From the IMG/VR virus record IMGVR_UViG_2551306035_000001, positions 2,353 through 66,352 of that record: a stretch of 64,000 nucleotides of DNA; one strand, 5' to 3'. Positions 37,684 to 48,400 of the stretch are shown in pieces; position 1 is the first letter of the stretch; each line of letters opens with the position of its first letter. A program made the position numbers and the translations under genes. The notes beneath the pieces are model-generated. The model searched no databases and was not told the DNA's origin. It saw nothing but the letters and a program-made list of their open reading frames with translations. This stretch comes from a virus (taxonomy: Duplodnaviria > Caudoviricetes).

Positions 37684-38228
37684 GTATAGCCTCTGAAGCA
37701 ATAGAAGCACTTCATGAAGCCGCCGATGCTTACAACAATAAAATAGCCGAAATCAATTCGAGAATGGAAGAAGCCGAGGCTGACTATCAAAGTAAGTTGG
37801 CATCACTTACCACGTTGAAATATGCACATCGAGATACCGAAGTTAGAAGCTATGGCAACGCTGATTGGGGGGATGGGTTAACCACCGATTGGTGGAGTAT
37901 GCGTGGCGGAGTTTCTATTGAATTGACGCTTTCGATCCTATTTAGAAATGATTCCTCATCGTGGGGCGGAGCATATACCGAAGTCCTTTACGATATCGGC
38001 GATGGGTGGATATCGATAGGTCATTCAGGGTTTGACGGACCAATGATTAACGGAGCATCGGCCATTCCAACTTATACTAGGTGCATGCTCATTCCTGCCT
38101 TAAGCGAAGACAACTATGACGTGCGTTTTTTACTTCGGCACAAATCCTACGATGGCACGCTCCAAGTCAATGCTAGCCGCAACTTTTCGGGCGAACACTT
38201 CGGCTCATTACTTCAAGTTATTTGTTAG
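37680..38228 (+). CDS. Putative fibre-tip module 1
   Basis: N-terminal coiled segment paralogous to the next ORF; beta-rich C-terminus. Confidence 0.5.
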   Translation: MSIASEAIEALHEAADAYNNKIAEINSRMEEAEADYQSKLASLTTLKYAHRDTEVRSYGNADWGDGLTTDWWSMRGGVSIELTLSILFRNDSSSWGGAYTEVLYDIGDGWISIGHSGFDGPMINGASAIPTYTRCMLIPALSEDNYDVRFLLRHKSYDGTLQVNASRNFSGEHFGSLLQVIC

Positions 38229-38237
38229 AGAGGTCGT

Positions 38238-38780
38238 ATGACTGTTGCAGAAGATACTATCAGCGCTCTACAAGAAGCCGCTGCCGCTTACCACGGAAAA
38301 ATTGATGACATTAACGATCAGCTCGATGCTAAAAAACAGGAAATGGATGCTGCTATTTCTGCACTAGGGGCTAGATTGGTTTGGGCAGGTGGCCCTGCAG
38401 CGCATTCGCTTGGGGAGGGACGTGCTGACTTGGATATGAGTAGCGCACATCTCGAAGCAGACACCGACTATGTTGAGGTTAGTGGAGCAGAGATGACCAT
38501 CAACAAAGCAGGGTTATATATGCTGCATGGCTTTATCATGCAGCATACAAACAGCGGTCAACGCTATCTATTTGTTCTTATTAATGGGGATATATATCAG
38601 AACAGTCAGGTAGGTTCGATTACTGGTTGGAGTACCGTCTATCCATCAGTGATATGCAGGCTGTCAGAAGGTGATGTTATTAAGCTGCAAGCACAAGTGA
38701 CTGGCTCAAATTTATACCGTGCCCATTCTCATAGTTATCATACAAAAGTGCATTTATTGTATTTGGGAGACCTAACATGA
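38238..38780 (+). CDS. Putative fibre-tip module 2 with C1q/TNF-like head
   Basis: KAGLYMLHG..VLING..CRLSEGDVIKLQ pattern. Confidence 0.55.
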   Translation: MTVAEDTISALQEAAAAYHGKIDDINDQLDAKKQEMDAAISALGARLVWAGGPAAHSLGEGRADLDMSSAHLEADTDYVEVSGAEMTINKAGLYMLHGFIMQHTNSGQRYLFVLINGDIYQNSQVGSITGWSTVYPSVICRLSEGDVIKLQAQVTGSNLYRAHSHSYHTKVHLLYLGDLT

Positions 38781-39319
38781 TTGAACTCTCAAATGGGATA
38801 AAGTTAATCCATCTTCCAGACGGTACGTTAGATTTCCAGAGTAAAGCGAATGAATTGTTGGGTGATGGTGCGACTCATTCAGAACTGTCTGAAAGAGCCA
38901 CAGAGCTTGAGGCGCAGTACCTCCAAGAGCGCAGCTATCTTGAAATGTCTGAGGTGATAGAACAGCAGGTCTATCTTCATTACAGCCAGAAGCAGCAGTC
39001 TCAAGATGAGAAGTGGAATAGCCGTTTCTCAGCAAAGTTTCGAGCAGTGGGCGTGACGGACATTGACACCACAACGGTAGTGGTGGGCAGTAACGTTTAT
39101 GCCTCATTGTCATCGTTAAATGTGGAAGTAAATGCCGCGTTTGATGCGTTACCCACTGACGTTCAAAACAATGATCCCGACTATATTCGCTACATGCTCG
39201 AAAAACTCATCATGATTGCCGTCAGAACGGAGTGGGCAGAAAACATCATTATGGAAGGTAAAGCGGCATGGGCCGAAAACCGACCTCCTGTCTGGCCTGA
39301 CTTTCCGCGATTTATATAA
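38777..39319 (+). CDS. Hypothetical (fibre assembly-like) protein
   Basis: Overlapping operon position; ends in a PPVWPDFP motif. Confidence 0.45.
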   Translation: MIELSNGIKLIHLPDGTLDFQSKANELLGDGATHSELSERATELEAQYLQERSYLEMSEVIEQQVYLHYSQKQQSQDEKWNSRFSAKFRAVGVTDIDTTTVVVGSNVYASLSSLNVEVNAAFDALPTDVQNNDPDYIRYMLEKLIMIAVRTEWAENIIMEGKAAWAENRPPVWPDFPRFI

Positions 39320-39325
39320 CGCCTC

Positions 39326-40933
39326 ATGCTTATAGATATCACCATGATGCGCGGAGAAATCCCTCGCATCAAAGACCACCTCTTACCTGATGAAGCATCA
39401 ACGCTTTCGGTTGATTGTCGATTTGAACGCGGCGTTGTCGCGCCTCGTAAAGGAAATGTAGCGCTAGGGACTTTGCCGTCAACGCCACATACCCTGCATA
39501 AATACGGGGATAACTGGCTACTGTGGGAAAGTGGTAACGTGTCAGTGACGGAGAGCCCGATGGCGCAGGACCCTTACCAAAGGGTGTATTTCACGGGTGA
39601 CGGGAAGCCGAAACTGACGTCACAAGACACGGCAGTTTTGCCTAATGGGTTTGGGCCTGCGACGTCTTATGACCTCGGTGTACCAAGACCCACGTCGCCA
39701 CCAATCGTGACGAACATTGATAGCAGCACAGGTGAAAACCCGCCTGACGGTGAATCTGCAACTTTTGATGATGAAGATCGTTTGTACATCCAAACGTATG
39801 TCACGCGCTTTGGGGAAGAGGGCGCACCAGGTGAGGCATCATTGAGCGCGCTTATCGAAAAGCCAGGCTCAACCGTCACAGTGAAATTGACGCAGCCAGG
39901 CGTAAACACGCATAACGTCACGCATACGCGTCTCTATCGCTCGGTGACGTCCACATCTGCTAGTGATTATCTTTTAGTGGCAGAAATTCCCATTTCAAAC
40001 TCGCATTATGTGGATAGCGCACGTGATATCAATGGACCGGTCATCGAGACCTGGGACTACGATGTACCGCCTGAAAACATGCAAGGGATCTGCGTGATGG
40101 CGAATGGTATCTGTGCCGGCTTTGCGGGCAACGAAGTGATGTTTTCTGAAGCCTACTTGCCTTATGCCTGGCCAAAAGCGTACCGCGATACCACTGAGCA
40201 CGAAATCGTTGGTATTGCTGCGATTGGTACGTCATTGGTTGTTGCCACAAAAGGCTACCCGTATGTATTTGGCGGTATCACACCCGATGCGATAACGGGC
40301 CATAAACTGGATGTCGAACAATCGTGTGTGAGTGCGCGATCGCTTGTGGTGCTCAACGGTATGGCCATGTACGCGTCACCGGATGGATTGGTGGTGGTCA
40401 GTGCTGACGGCGCGAACGTGGTAACGGAGCCGATTATCGATAGGGATCATTGGCAACGCTTTCAACCACAAACCCTACACGCTGTTTCTGTTGAGGGTGA
40501 ATATGTCGCGCAGGGTGAAAACGGTGGGTTTATTTTCGATCCATTGTCCAAAGCATTCACGCGACTCACGCAGACTTGGGATGCCGCGTTTACCGATCTT
40601 GAGCATGATGTTCTTGTCACCGTCAAAGGCAATGATTACTCAACGTGGCAACAAGGGTCCGAAGACATTCCTTATGTATGGCGATCTAAATCCTTTCTTA
40701 TGCCCGTTGATTGCCTGATGAACAGCGCACGTATTCAATCGCCCACACCAGAAAAGGCAGCGGCAAAGTTCATTGCCGATGGTCAGGTTGTATTTGAACT
40801 TGCAGAGGGCGAGATTGACGGGCGTGCATTTCGGTTACCGGCAGTACGCGCAACCACCTGGCAAGTCGAAGTGAGTGGAACCGCTGAAATAGAGCGCATT
40901 ATGGTAGCAAGCTCGATGCAGGAGCTTGCCTAG
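39326..40933 (+). CDS. Tail nozzle/stabilisation protein
   Basis: Beta-propeller-like; VMFSEAYLPYAWP, SCVSARS, YASPDGLV motifs. Confidence 0.65.
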   Translation: MLIDITMMRGEIPRIKDHLLPDEASTLSVDCRFERGVVAPRKGNVALGTLPSTPHTLHKYGDNWLLWESGNVSVTESPMAQDPYQRVYFTGDGKPKLTSQDTAVLPNGFGPATSYDLGVPRPTSPPIVTNIDSSTGENPPDGESATFDDEDRLYIQTYVTRFGEEGAPGEASLSALIEKPGSTVTVKLTQPGVNTHNVTHTRLYRSVTSTSASDYLLVAEIPISNSHYVDSARDINGPVIETWDYDVPPENMQGICVMANGICAGFAGNEVMFSEAYLPYAWPKAYRDTTEHEIVGIAAIGTSLVVATKGYPYVFGGITPDAITGHKLDVEQSCVSARSLVVLNGMAMYASPDGLVVVSADGANVVTEPIIDRDHWQRFQPQTLHAVSVEGEYVAQGENGGFIFDPLSKAFTRLTQTWDAAFTDLEHDVLVTVKGNDYSTWQQGSEDIPYVWRSKSFLMPVDCLMNSARIQSPTPEKAAAKFIADGQVVFELAEGEIDGRAFRLPAVRATTWQVEVSGTAEIERIMVASSMQELA

Positions 40934-42378
40934 TGAGTACGTTTTCTGGAAGCCGCAGTGCTAGGGCTCTACAAGAAAATGTGGAAAAGCTGACTGGCCA
41001 ACGTGGAAATGGATTAGATCGCGCCGTCACGCTTCGCGACCTTCAAACGTTAGGGCTGGCAAGTCTTACGCGCTCTTCAAATGGGGCTATTCTCCCAAAA
41101 CCCGTTCCGCAAACAGAAACTGGTGATGCGGCAGTCCAGCGTCCAGGTGCGCCAACTAATTTTTCAGGTGTTGGCGGATTTGGGGCGATATTGTTGGAGT
41201 GGCGTTTACCTTCCTACAATGGGCATGCCCACACAGAAGTCTGGCGTCACACGGAAGATGTGTTATCCGCGGCAACGATGATTGCTACGACACCGGCGAC
41301 CGTGTTCGGTGACATCGTCAAGCCAGGCGCGTCTTACTACTACTGGATACGCCACATCAATGTGAATGATATCGAAGGACCATACAACGCAGAGGCCGGT
41401 ACCCAGGTTTCAACAAGCGAGAATATTGGAGATGTTATCGATGACATTGGCGAGCAAATGGCCGAGTCGCAGCTTATCCAACATCTACAAGAAGACATCG
41501 ATGGCGCGGCTGAGCGGTTTGAAGACATGTGGGGTACGAAGGTACAAGCTGGAGACATTCAAGCCGGTATTGGTCTGCTTGCCACGTCCGAAGGCGTGAG
41601 CCAAGTGGCGGTATCCGCCTCTCAATTCTTCGTCTTTGACCCGAACGTTGATAGCCCTAATATTCAGCCCTTATTTGCGATAGACCAGGGCAGCGTCATT
41701 ATCCCGAAGGCGCTGATTGAGAAAGCCACGATCCAGATACTCAATGCGCAAACCATCGTCGCGGACGAAGTCAAAGCAGGTATATCAATAAGCACACCTA
41801 CGCTGACTTCCGCCGTCATTAATGGCGCCGAAGTGAACGTTGGGGCGGGCGGACCTTACAACGGTTACAACACGCATATCGCGTCCAACGGCAACCTGTA
41901 TACACACTACCTCATTGCGTCAGGTGGGCGATTAAGCAACCTCACCATTGATGAAAACTGCAGAGTGCTTGGCACCATCTACGCGAATCAAATCATTGGT
42001 GATGTCGTAAAACCCACGGTGTATACCAACTCGTCAAGGCGACAAAGCAAGCGTTCTCAAGGCTCTGTTTGGAGCAACATCTTTAGTATCTCGATCCCTG
42101 CGGCCCCGTTTACCCGCACCTTGATAGTGCCCGAGATCCTCTTTGATTCTGGTGGTTACGGACAACCCTACGTTCGGTACTACATCAATAATGGACGTGT
42201 GATGGATGAAATGAGCCGTATCTTGGGGGCGACCAGGGCATCCATTCCTATCAAAGCGTACTCGCTGCCTGCAAATCAAACGATCACGTTCCGAATGGAT
42301 GGGTACTTCATTAATTTCTCAGGTCAGGCCTATCTGTCATTCTCGGCGCAGAGCCTGCTATTCCTGACCTTTAAATAA
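40933..42378 (+). CDS. Tail tip/fibre protein (FN3 + DUF1983-like)
   Basis: LDRAVTLRDL; YYYWIRHIN FN3-like; AGIGL..SQVAVSASQFFV..GSVIIPKALI. Confidence 0.7.
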   Translation: MSTFSGSRSARALQENVEKLTGQRGNGLDRAVTLRDLQTLGLASLTRSSNGAILPKPVPQTETGDAAVQRPGAPTNFSGVGGFGAILLEWRLPSYNGHAHTEVWRHTEDVLSAATMIATTPATVFGDIVKPGASYYYWIRHINVNDIEGPYNAEAGTQVSTSENIGDVIDDIGEQMAESQLIQHLQEDIDGAAERFEDMWGTKVQAGDIQAGIGLLATSEGVSQVAVSASQFFVFDPNVDSPNIQPLFAIDQGSVIIPKALIEKATIQILNAQTIVADEVKAGISISTPTLTSAVINGAEVNVGAGGPYNGYNTHIASNGNLYTHYLIASGGRLSNLTIDENCRVLGTIYANQIIGDVVKPTVYTNSSRRQSKRSQGSVWSNIFSISIPAAPFTRTLIVPEILFDSGGYGQPYVRYYINNGRVMDEMSRILGATRASIPIKAYSLPANQTITFRMDGYFINFSGQAYLSFSAQSLLFLTFK

Positions 42379-42387
42379 CGGATACCC

Positions 42388-42810
42388 GTGACTGTAGAAC
42401 AAAATGACGCTGACTTTTTTGCCAAAGCGCCATGGCCGAAATACCGAGAGCGATTACTTCCGATCATGGAAGAGGTGGCTCTGAGAAACCGGCATGATTT
42501 CGCCAAGGATGTCGATGACGCACTTCTAAATGGGAGTGCGTTTTTGTTTGTGGCAGAGGACGGTTTTCTTGTTCTGAGGGCTTCACCGCGAGAAGCCGTG
42601 TTGTGGGTCACGGTCATGTTTGCCTTTAACTGTGGGGGTAATGCCATTGAGCGCTACCAGGCAAAAGTCGAGGAGATGACAAGACAGATTGGTGGACGTG
42701 GGATTGAGTTGTTCACTGCCGTTGAAGCGTTATCTTCTTCGTTACTCGAGCGCGGATATGTTCAACGAGAAAAGGCTGGCAACGTTCGTCATTGGGAAAA
42801 ACAACTGTGA
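42388..42810 (+). CDS. GNAT-like protein preceding ejection genes
   Basis: Position before ejection proteins; alpha/beta pattern. Confidence 0.45.
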   Translation: MTVEQNDADFFAKAPWPKYRERLLPIMEEVALRNRHDFAKDVDDALLNGSAFLFVAEDGFLVLRASPREAVLWVTVMFAFNCGGNAIERYQAKVEEMTRQIGGRGIELFTAVEALSSSLLERGYVQREKAGNVRHWEKQL

Positions 42811-42817
42811 GGTAGAT

Positions 42818-43474
42818 ATGGGTGGCGGTAAAGATAACAAGGTCGAAGAGACCGAATACGAACGCGTTGCTGCGGAGGTCTCCAATAAGTATTGGGATAT
42901 CTACCAAAACGACCTAAAACAATTTGAAGATACCTTCATCAAACGTGTCGATAACTTCAACAGTGCTTCAAACATGGCTGACGCCAAAGCCACTGTGGAC
43001 ATGGGATACAACAAAGCGTTCAGCGAAAACCGTCAGCAAACCACCAAAGCCTTGTCATCGGCATCAATCGATCCGACGAGTGGAAAATTCAAAGGCACCA
43101 TGGCGGATTTGGCGACAGCGCAAGGCACGGCACAAACTGACACCATTAATCGCGCTCAGGCTGCAGAGCAAGACAAGCACATCGCAGGTTTGTCAGATGT
43201 GGCCAGCATGGGCATGGGTGAGCAAGCCGATGCGCTTAATCGTATAGGCGACGTTGCTAACATGAGTCTGTCAGAAGCGAAAAACGATGCTTACACCGAT
43301 TTCAATAAACGTGCCAGCAACCTTCAACTTGTTGGTGCCGCAGCTGGCGTGGGGCTTCGAAGCTATCAACACATGGCTAAGCCCAACGCACTGTCGTCTG
43401 TCGATGGCGTTAGTACGCAACGCAATAATCGTTACAACCACGTCACCAACCCTGATGGTCAGATGATCGCTTAA
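42818..43474 (+). CDS. Putative DNA ejection (internal virion) protein
   Basis: MGGGK start; helical and Ala/Gly-rich. Confidence 0.55.
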   Translation: MGGGKDNKVEETEYERVAAEVSNKYWDIYQNDLKQFEDTFIKRVDNFNSASNMADAKATVDMGYNKAFSENRQQTTKALSSASIDPTSGKFKGTMADLATAQGTAQTDTINRAQAAEQDKHIAGLSDVASMGMGEQADALNRIGDVANMSLSEAKNDAYTDFNKRASNLQLVGAAAGVGLRSYQHMAKPNALSSVDGVSTQRNNRYNHVTNPDGQMIA

Positions 43475-43483
43475 GGAGCACAC

Positions 43484-43846
43484 ATGGGCATTGCAGCCGA
43501 CACATACGCGAACATTTCACGTGAGATGTTCGATGATTGGCAACGCCGATTCTACCCCAAGCAAAAAGAGTTGATGGAAAAATCTCAGTCCGGTGAGTTT
43601 CTTAACGAGCAGTTGGGGCGTGTGGATGCGAATGCGGCCAGTTCAATGCGGGCGGCGAGTCTTGGTGAGGCGAACAGCCTGGCGCGGTATGGCGTCACCG
43701 GTGAGAAAGATAACAACCGACAAGCGCAACTGTCTTTGGCCACTGTGTCTGCAAAAAATGGGTTACGTGACCATGAAAGAGACCGTTCGATGAAGACACT
43801 ATCAGGCGCTGGACTTGGCGTAAAAAACTACGCCAAACCGCAATAA
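43484..43846 (+). CDS. Putative ejection protein
   Basis: ggag RBS; helical. Confidence 0.5.
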   Translation: MGIAADTYANISREMFDDWQRRFYPKQKELMEKSQSGEFLNEQLGRVDANAASSMRAASLGEANSLARYGVTGEKDNNRQAQLSLATVSAKNGLRDHERDRSMKTLSGAGLGVKNYAKPQ

Positions 43847-43856
43847 GGAGTGAGGC

Positions 43857-44096
43857 ATGGGGTATAGCTTAACGGGTGCTGCTAGAGGCACGAAAGACAT
43901 TGCGCTCAGTGGGCTTCGTGATGCCGCTGTACGCGAGAAAGACCGAGAAGCTGCGAATGAGAACCTGAAGCAGGCAGATAGACAACAGACCATGAATAGC
44001 ACCATGGCGGGTGCTTCAATGGGCTTTATGGTCGGAGGACCTATGGGCGGTGCTATCGGGGCTGTAGGTGGTTTGGTATTGGGCGAGTTGTTCTGA
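43857..44096 (+). CDS. Small Gly-zipper ejection protein
   Basis: GASMGFMVGGPMGGAIGAVGGLVLG. Confidence 0.55.
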   Translation: MGYSLTGAARGTKDIALSGLRDAAVREKDREAANENLKQADRQQTMNSTMAGASMGFMVGGPMGGAIGAVGGLVLGELF

Positions 44097-44106
44097 GGGT
44101 ATTGTG

Positions 44107-45420
44107 ATGGCGGGACTTGATACACGCGGGTTTATGGATGGGGCACTTAGGGCCTATGACATAGTTGATCGCAAGCTTTCTCGCGATGAAGATCGAGAGA
44201 TACGAAAACAACAACTGGAAAAGTCGAATCAACGTGCAGACAAGCAAATGGCATTGAGAATGGCCGATGAGGAACGTCGAACCCAAGCCCACGAATACCA
44301 GTATGGGGTCGATGGTGAAGGGGGCGCGCTTCGACAAGCGCAAGCACAAAACGAAAAGCTGTTTGACGCTAATCTTTCCGCTGCGCACTCTCGAAAAAAC
44401 CTCAGTGATTACCAACTCTCCCAACAGCGAAAATCAGTTTTCATCAATGAAAATGCGCCACTACTGCAAACGGGGTGGCAGCGTTGGATGCAAGGCGGTG
44501 ATATCGATGACATCTTTAACCACGAAACAATAAAAGGCGGTGCGTATGATCCGCGTCGCTACCTTGATCCTGATTTCGATAAAGCCGCTAACACGCTAGA
44601 AACAGCATTACCCATGCTTGCGAAAGGTAAAGGTGACATCAATGCCCCTGAAGTCAAATCTGCGCTGAACACGTTTTATAAAAGTAACCTTCAGGCTTCT
44701 GTTGGGGCGACAGACCCAAAGACAGGGAAGGCGATTCAAGATGCCCGTTGGGGAGAGGTCGCGTTTGCCAAGGACATCAACCCTAAATTGGAAGGAGACC
44801 AACCAGGCTTGGTGTTAACAGCAGAATTCAATTACGGCGGTGAAGAATGGGTACCTAAACCGATTACTGAGCGTCGAAGCACGGATGCGGATGACCACGT
44901 CAAAGTTATTCCCCTTGAGCAGGCCATGCAAGACATTACCGGCCAGCTGAAAATGCGAAGACAGGCAATGGTGTCGCCTGGTTACAAGGCGCTATTCGAA
45001 GGGAAGGAGGCGACCAAACAGAAAGCGTCGCTTGAAAAAGAATATCGCCAGGCCTACCTAGACCTTGAGAAGCAGCGCAATGACGCACTGACGAACCAAG
45101 TCACGCCAACCGAGGAGAGCTCTGCACAAATCAACGCACAGTTTAATGCTCAACATCAGGATCTGAAGGCCCTTTATGGACTCGGTCCTCAGCCATCTGA
45201 AAAACACGAGAAACCTTTTACCCTATGGGCCAATGGCGATCCTAACAAGCAAGCATTCCTCGCGGCACTGCAGGAAAAATATGGCGATCTCGATGCGTAC
45301 GATGAACAAACGATTGCAGCCGCATACAAAGATCAGGTTAACGGGGCTAAGGCTGAGAACGCAGCAAAAATAGCAGGCCAAATCCGTGTTGATAAAGCCA
45401 AGCAATACGCCTCTCGATAA
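44107..45420 (+). CDS. Putative ejection protein
   Basis: GFMDGALRAY start; coiled coils; precedes the giant ORF. Confidence 0.55.
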   Translation: MAGLDTRGFMDGALRAYDIVDRKLSRDEDREIRKQQLEKSNQRADKQMALRMADEERRTQAHEYQYGVDGEGGALRQAQAQNEKLFDANLSAAHSRKNLSDYQLSQQRKSVFINENAPLLQTGWQRWMQGGDIDDIFNHETIKGGAYDPRRYLDPDFDKAANTLETALPMLAKGKGDINAPEVKSALNTFYKSNLQASVGATDPKTGKAIQDARWGEVAFAKDINPKLEGDQPGLVLTAEFNYGGEEWVPKPITERRSTDADDHVKVIPLEQAMQDITGQLKMRRQAMVSPGYKALFEGKEATKQKASLEKEYRQAYLDLEKQRNDALTNQVTPTEESSAQINAQFNAQHQDLKALYGLGPQPSEKHEKPFTLWANGDPNKQAFLAALQEKYGDLDAYDEQTIAAAYKDQVNGAKAENAAKIAGQIRVDKAKQYASR

Positions 45421-45478
45421 TTCAACGATAAATCAATAAGCCGTTGCCCTTTGGGCTGCGGCTTTTTTTTGTGCTTTT

Positions 45479-48400
45479 TTGGAGCAAAACATGCCAAACG
45501 ATACCCTTGGAAATAACCCTGACGCGACAGTGAATGGGCGCACCGACACAACGTTTGAGTTACCAGAAGACTTTGATTTGAGAGCCTATGCACCGACCAA
45601 AAACCTTGAAGTGACCGCGGGTGATTCAGCAAAAGCGGTGGCCATTGGCGCGATGAACAGCGTCGAAGGCGGCGCGGAGGTTGTCAGTCAGACCCAGAAT
45701 TTCTTGGGTGACACGGCGCGAGAGTTGGGCGTCCCAGATGCGTTGATTGAAGCGGCAAATTACACCCCGCAAGGCTTGGCTGCTAACTATATGTCTTGGG
45801 CCGGCGATTTGATTGGTGAGGGCAGTGATTGGATTAAAGAGACGCTGACGGAGGATGGTAAAGAAGCGCTAGAAACGATGCCGATTACTGAAGCTGCTAA
45901 TGGTAGCTGGAAGCTATCTACCGATCCGGCTGTATGGGGTATGCAGTTAAGCCAGGGAGTAGGGTATATCGTGCCCACTGTCGCTTCTGCGATAGCTACG
46001 GGAGGCATGTCATTACCCAATGCTGTTAGCTCTTTAACCAATATGGCTGTTCGCTCCGGCGCACGTCCTGAGGTGGCCAGTAAAGCGGCGAAAATTGCGG
46101 TTAACTTGCTACAGAAATCGCCGACCGCTGCGGTATCTATGACGTCTGATTTGGGTGCTCAAGGCCAACAATCCAAAGACAGTATTCTCAACATGTCATT
46201 TGATGACTTGCTGAAAAGCGAGGTGTTTACGTCAGCGTTTATGGATGTCGATACCGACCCAGAATTCGCATTAATGAGCGACCTAGAAAAGTTGGAAGAA
46301 GCAAGAGCACGTGTTGCCAATGGTGCTTCTCAAGCGACGATGACCGACCCACTCTCGTTGGGGGCGAGTGTTGCAGCCACACTTGTCGGCGATGTGCCAT
46401 TGGCAAACGCACTGGTTAGAGGTACGGGAAAAGGCATCATGAAAGGCGCGGCGATAGGGGCTGTGCGCGAAGCACCAACTGAAGCCCTTCAAGGTGGTGT
46501 TGAGCAGTATGTGTCGAACAAGGTTTCCAATGAATTCGCCGGTACTGACAAGGTGCTAATGGATGGCGTCGCGTTAGGGGCAGCAAACGAAGCGGCTATT
46601 GGTGGGGTGCTTGGCGGTGGTATGGGCGCAGCTGGAGGCGTTCGCGCTGCACCGAAAATCAGCACCGAACCGACACAAGAGCCTGTAATGTCTGAATCAG
46701 ATGAACAAGTCGCTCCTGAGGCTTCGTCAACAGACATTGAACCTGAAAGTAATGAAGTAGAAACGCCGGCACCAGCTGCAGACATTGAAACTATGACGTC
46801 TGATGACGGTGACGTTGTTGATCCATTGGCAGACAGACGCGCAAAGTCGCAAGAAGTACTTCGACAAAAACAGGTGTTGAGCGATCCCGCAGATCATGAC
46901 ATCCAACTATTAAAGCTGGCTTATGCGTTTGATGCGGATAAAACAGATGCGGCGCTAGATCGTATAGAGCAGGGCGACATATCGGCAGAGCGGGAAATCT
47001 ATGCCCTAGCAGAGCAAGCATCCGCGCTTGGTATTGATGAAACGGGCGTGCAGCAAGCCTTCGATGCTGCCGTGGCTAAGCGTCAGGCTGGTCAACAATC
47101 TGGCAAATTGGCGGCGAAGTCAAAAGCAGAGCGTTACATTACCGCTATCGAACAAGGCCGTCAGAACCTGACCGAGCAACGTGATGGTGTCCCAACCTAC
47201 AAGCCTTACAAACAACCTCATGACCCACGTATCGAGCAATCTCAATCTGAACGTGTTAGCCGTGAAAAACCACACCGAGATTTTAATCCTGATATTGCTA
47301 AAAGTGAGCTGAGAAAGCGTGAAGCTAACGCCGAGCGTGCCATGCAAGGGCAGCTACCCACTGACGTTGAGGTAGACCCACATGAGGCGTCGCTACGCGA
47401 AAAAGCAGCTATCGAGCGAGCAGAGCAACCCCAACAGAACGACGCAATCTCGGGAGGCGTGACAAGGCCGTTTCAGCGAGAGCAAGCCTACAAAGCGGCA
47501 GAGGCGCAGCGAGCGGAACAGCAAGCGCAGCGTGAACACGTTGACGAAAATGTTGATCAGAGCAGACAAGCTAAGGGTGAGTTTTCAAATCGCCCTGGCT
47601 CGATGAAGTTGCGGGAAAAAGGGAAGATCCCCCTTTCTGACGTTGCAGCGATCAGCAAGAAAACCAAACCCATGCGTAAGCGGTTAAGTCGGCGTATGGC
47701 GCATGCCAATCCCCGTTTAAAAGAAGCCTTGCTTGAATCGTTACGTAACGCACCGGAGAGATTAGCCGCATTCGATGCTGAGGCAAAAAGGCGACAGGGT
47801 GTGGAAGATGCTAAGCCCGAAAACAAAGTAAGGCGTGCAAAGGCAGAGGCGCTTTTTACGCAAGGAAGCGAGACGAATACAGAGCCTGAGTTTTCCCCAA
47901 ATGCCATCAAGAAAGTGATGGATGATTTACGTTCGCGAGGAGAAAACCTCATTCGTGAACTGCCCAAAGCCGAGCAACAGGCTGCGCGAGAAGATCTCAG
48001 AAAAGCAGAAGATTTTGTGAAAACACGCCTCAGTATGATGCGCGATGAAACCAGGGCGAATCGGACAAAGACGCTGAAAGACTTCTCACCACGCTATCAG
48101 CCAGAAAATAAAAAGGATGAGCCATCACCAGCCGATGACGAGGTGTCGACAGAACCTTACAGTGAGGCAAAGAATAGCGAAGCAAAAGACAGTGCCCTGG
48201 CGCAACGCATCGATGATGTGGGAGAGAAAATCGGTGGCGCTCGAAAAGACATTTGGGGCGCCTACGCCGATTCGATAAAAGGCGAAACGCCAGAGGAAAT
48301 TCAGTCTCTCACACTCTCAAACGCATGGCCCCAACCTAATTACCTCGCCTTATTGGAACAAGGTGTTTCCCTGTCGGCCATTAGTCTTTTCCGCGCTATG

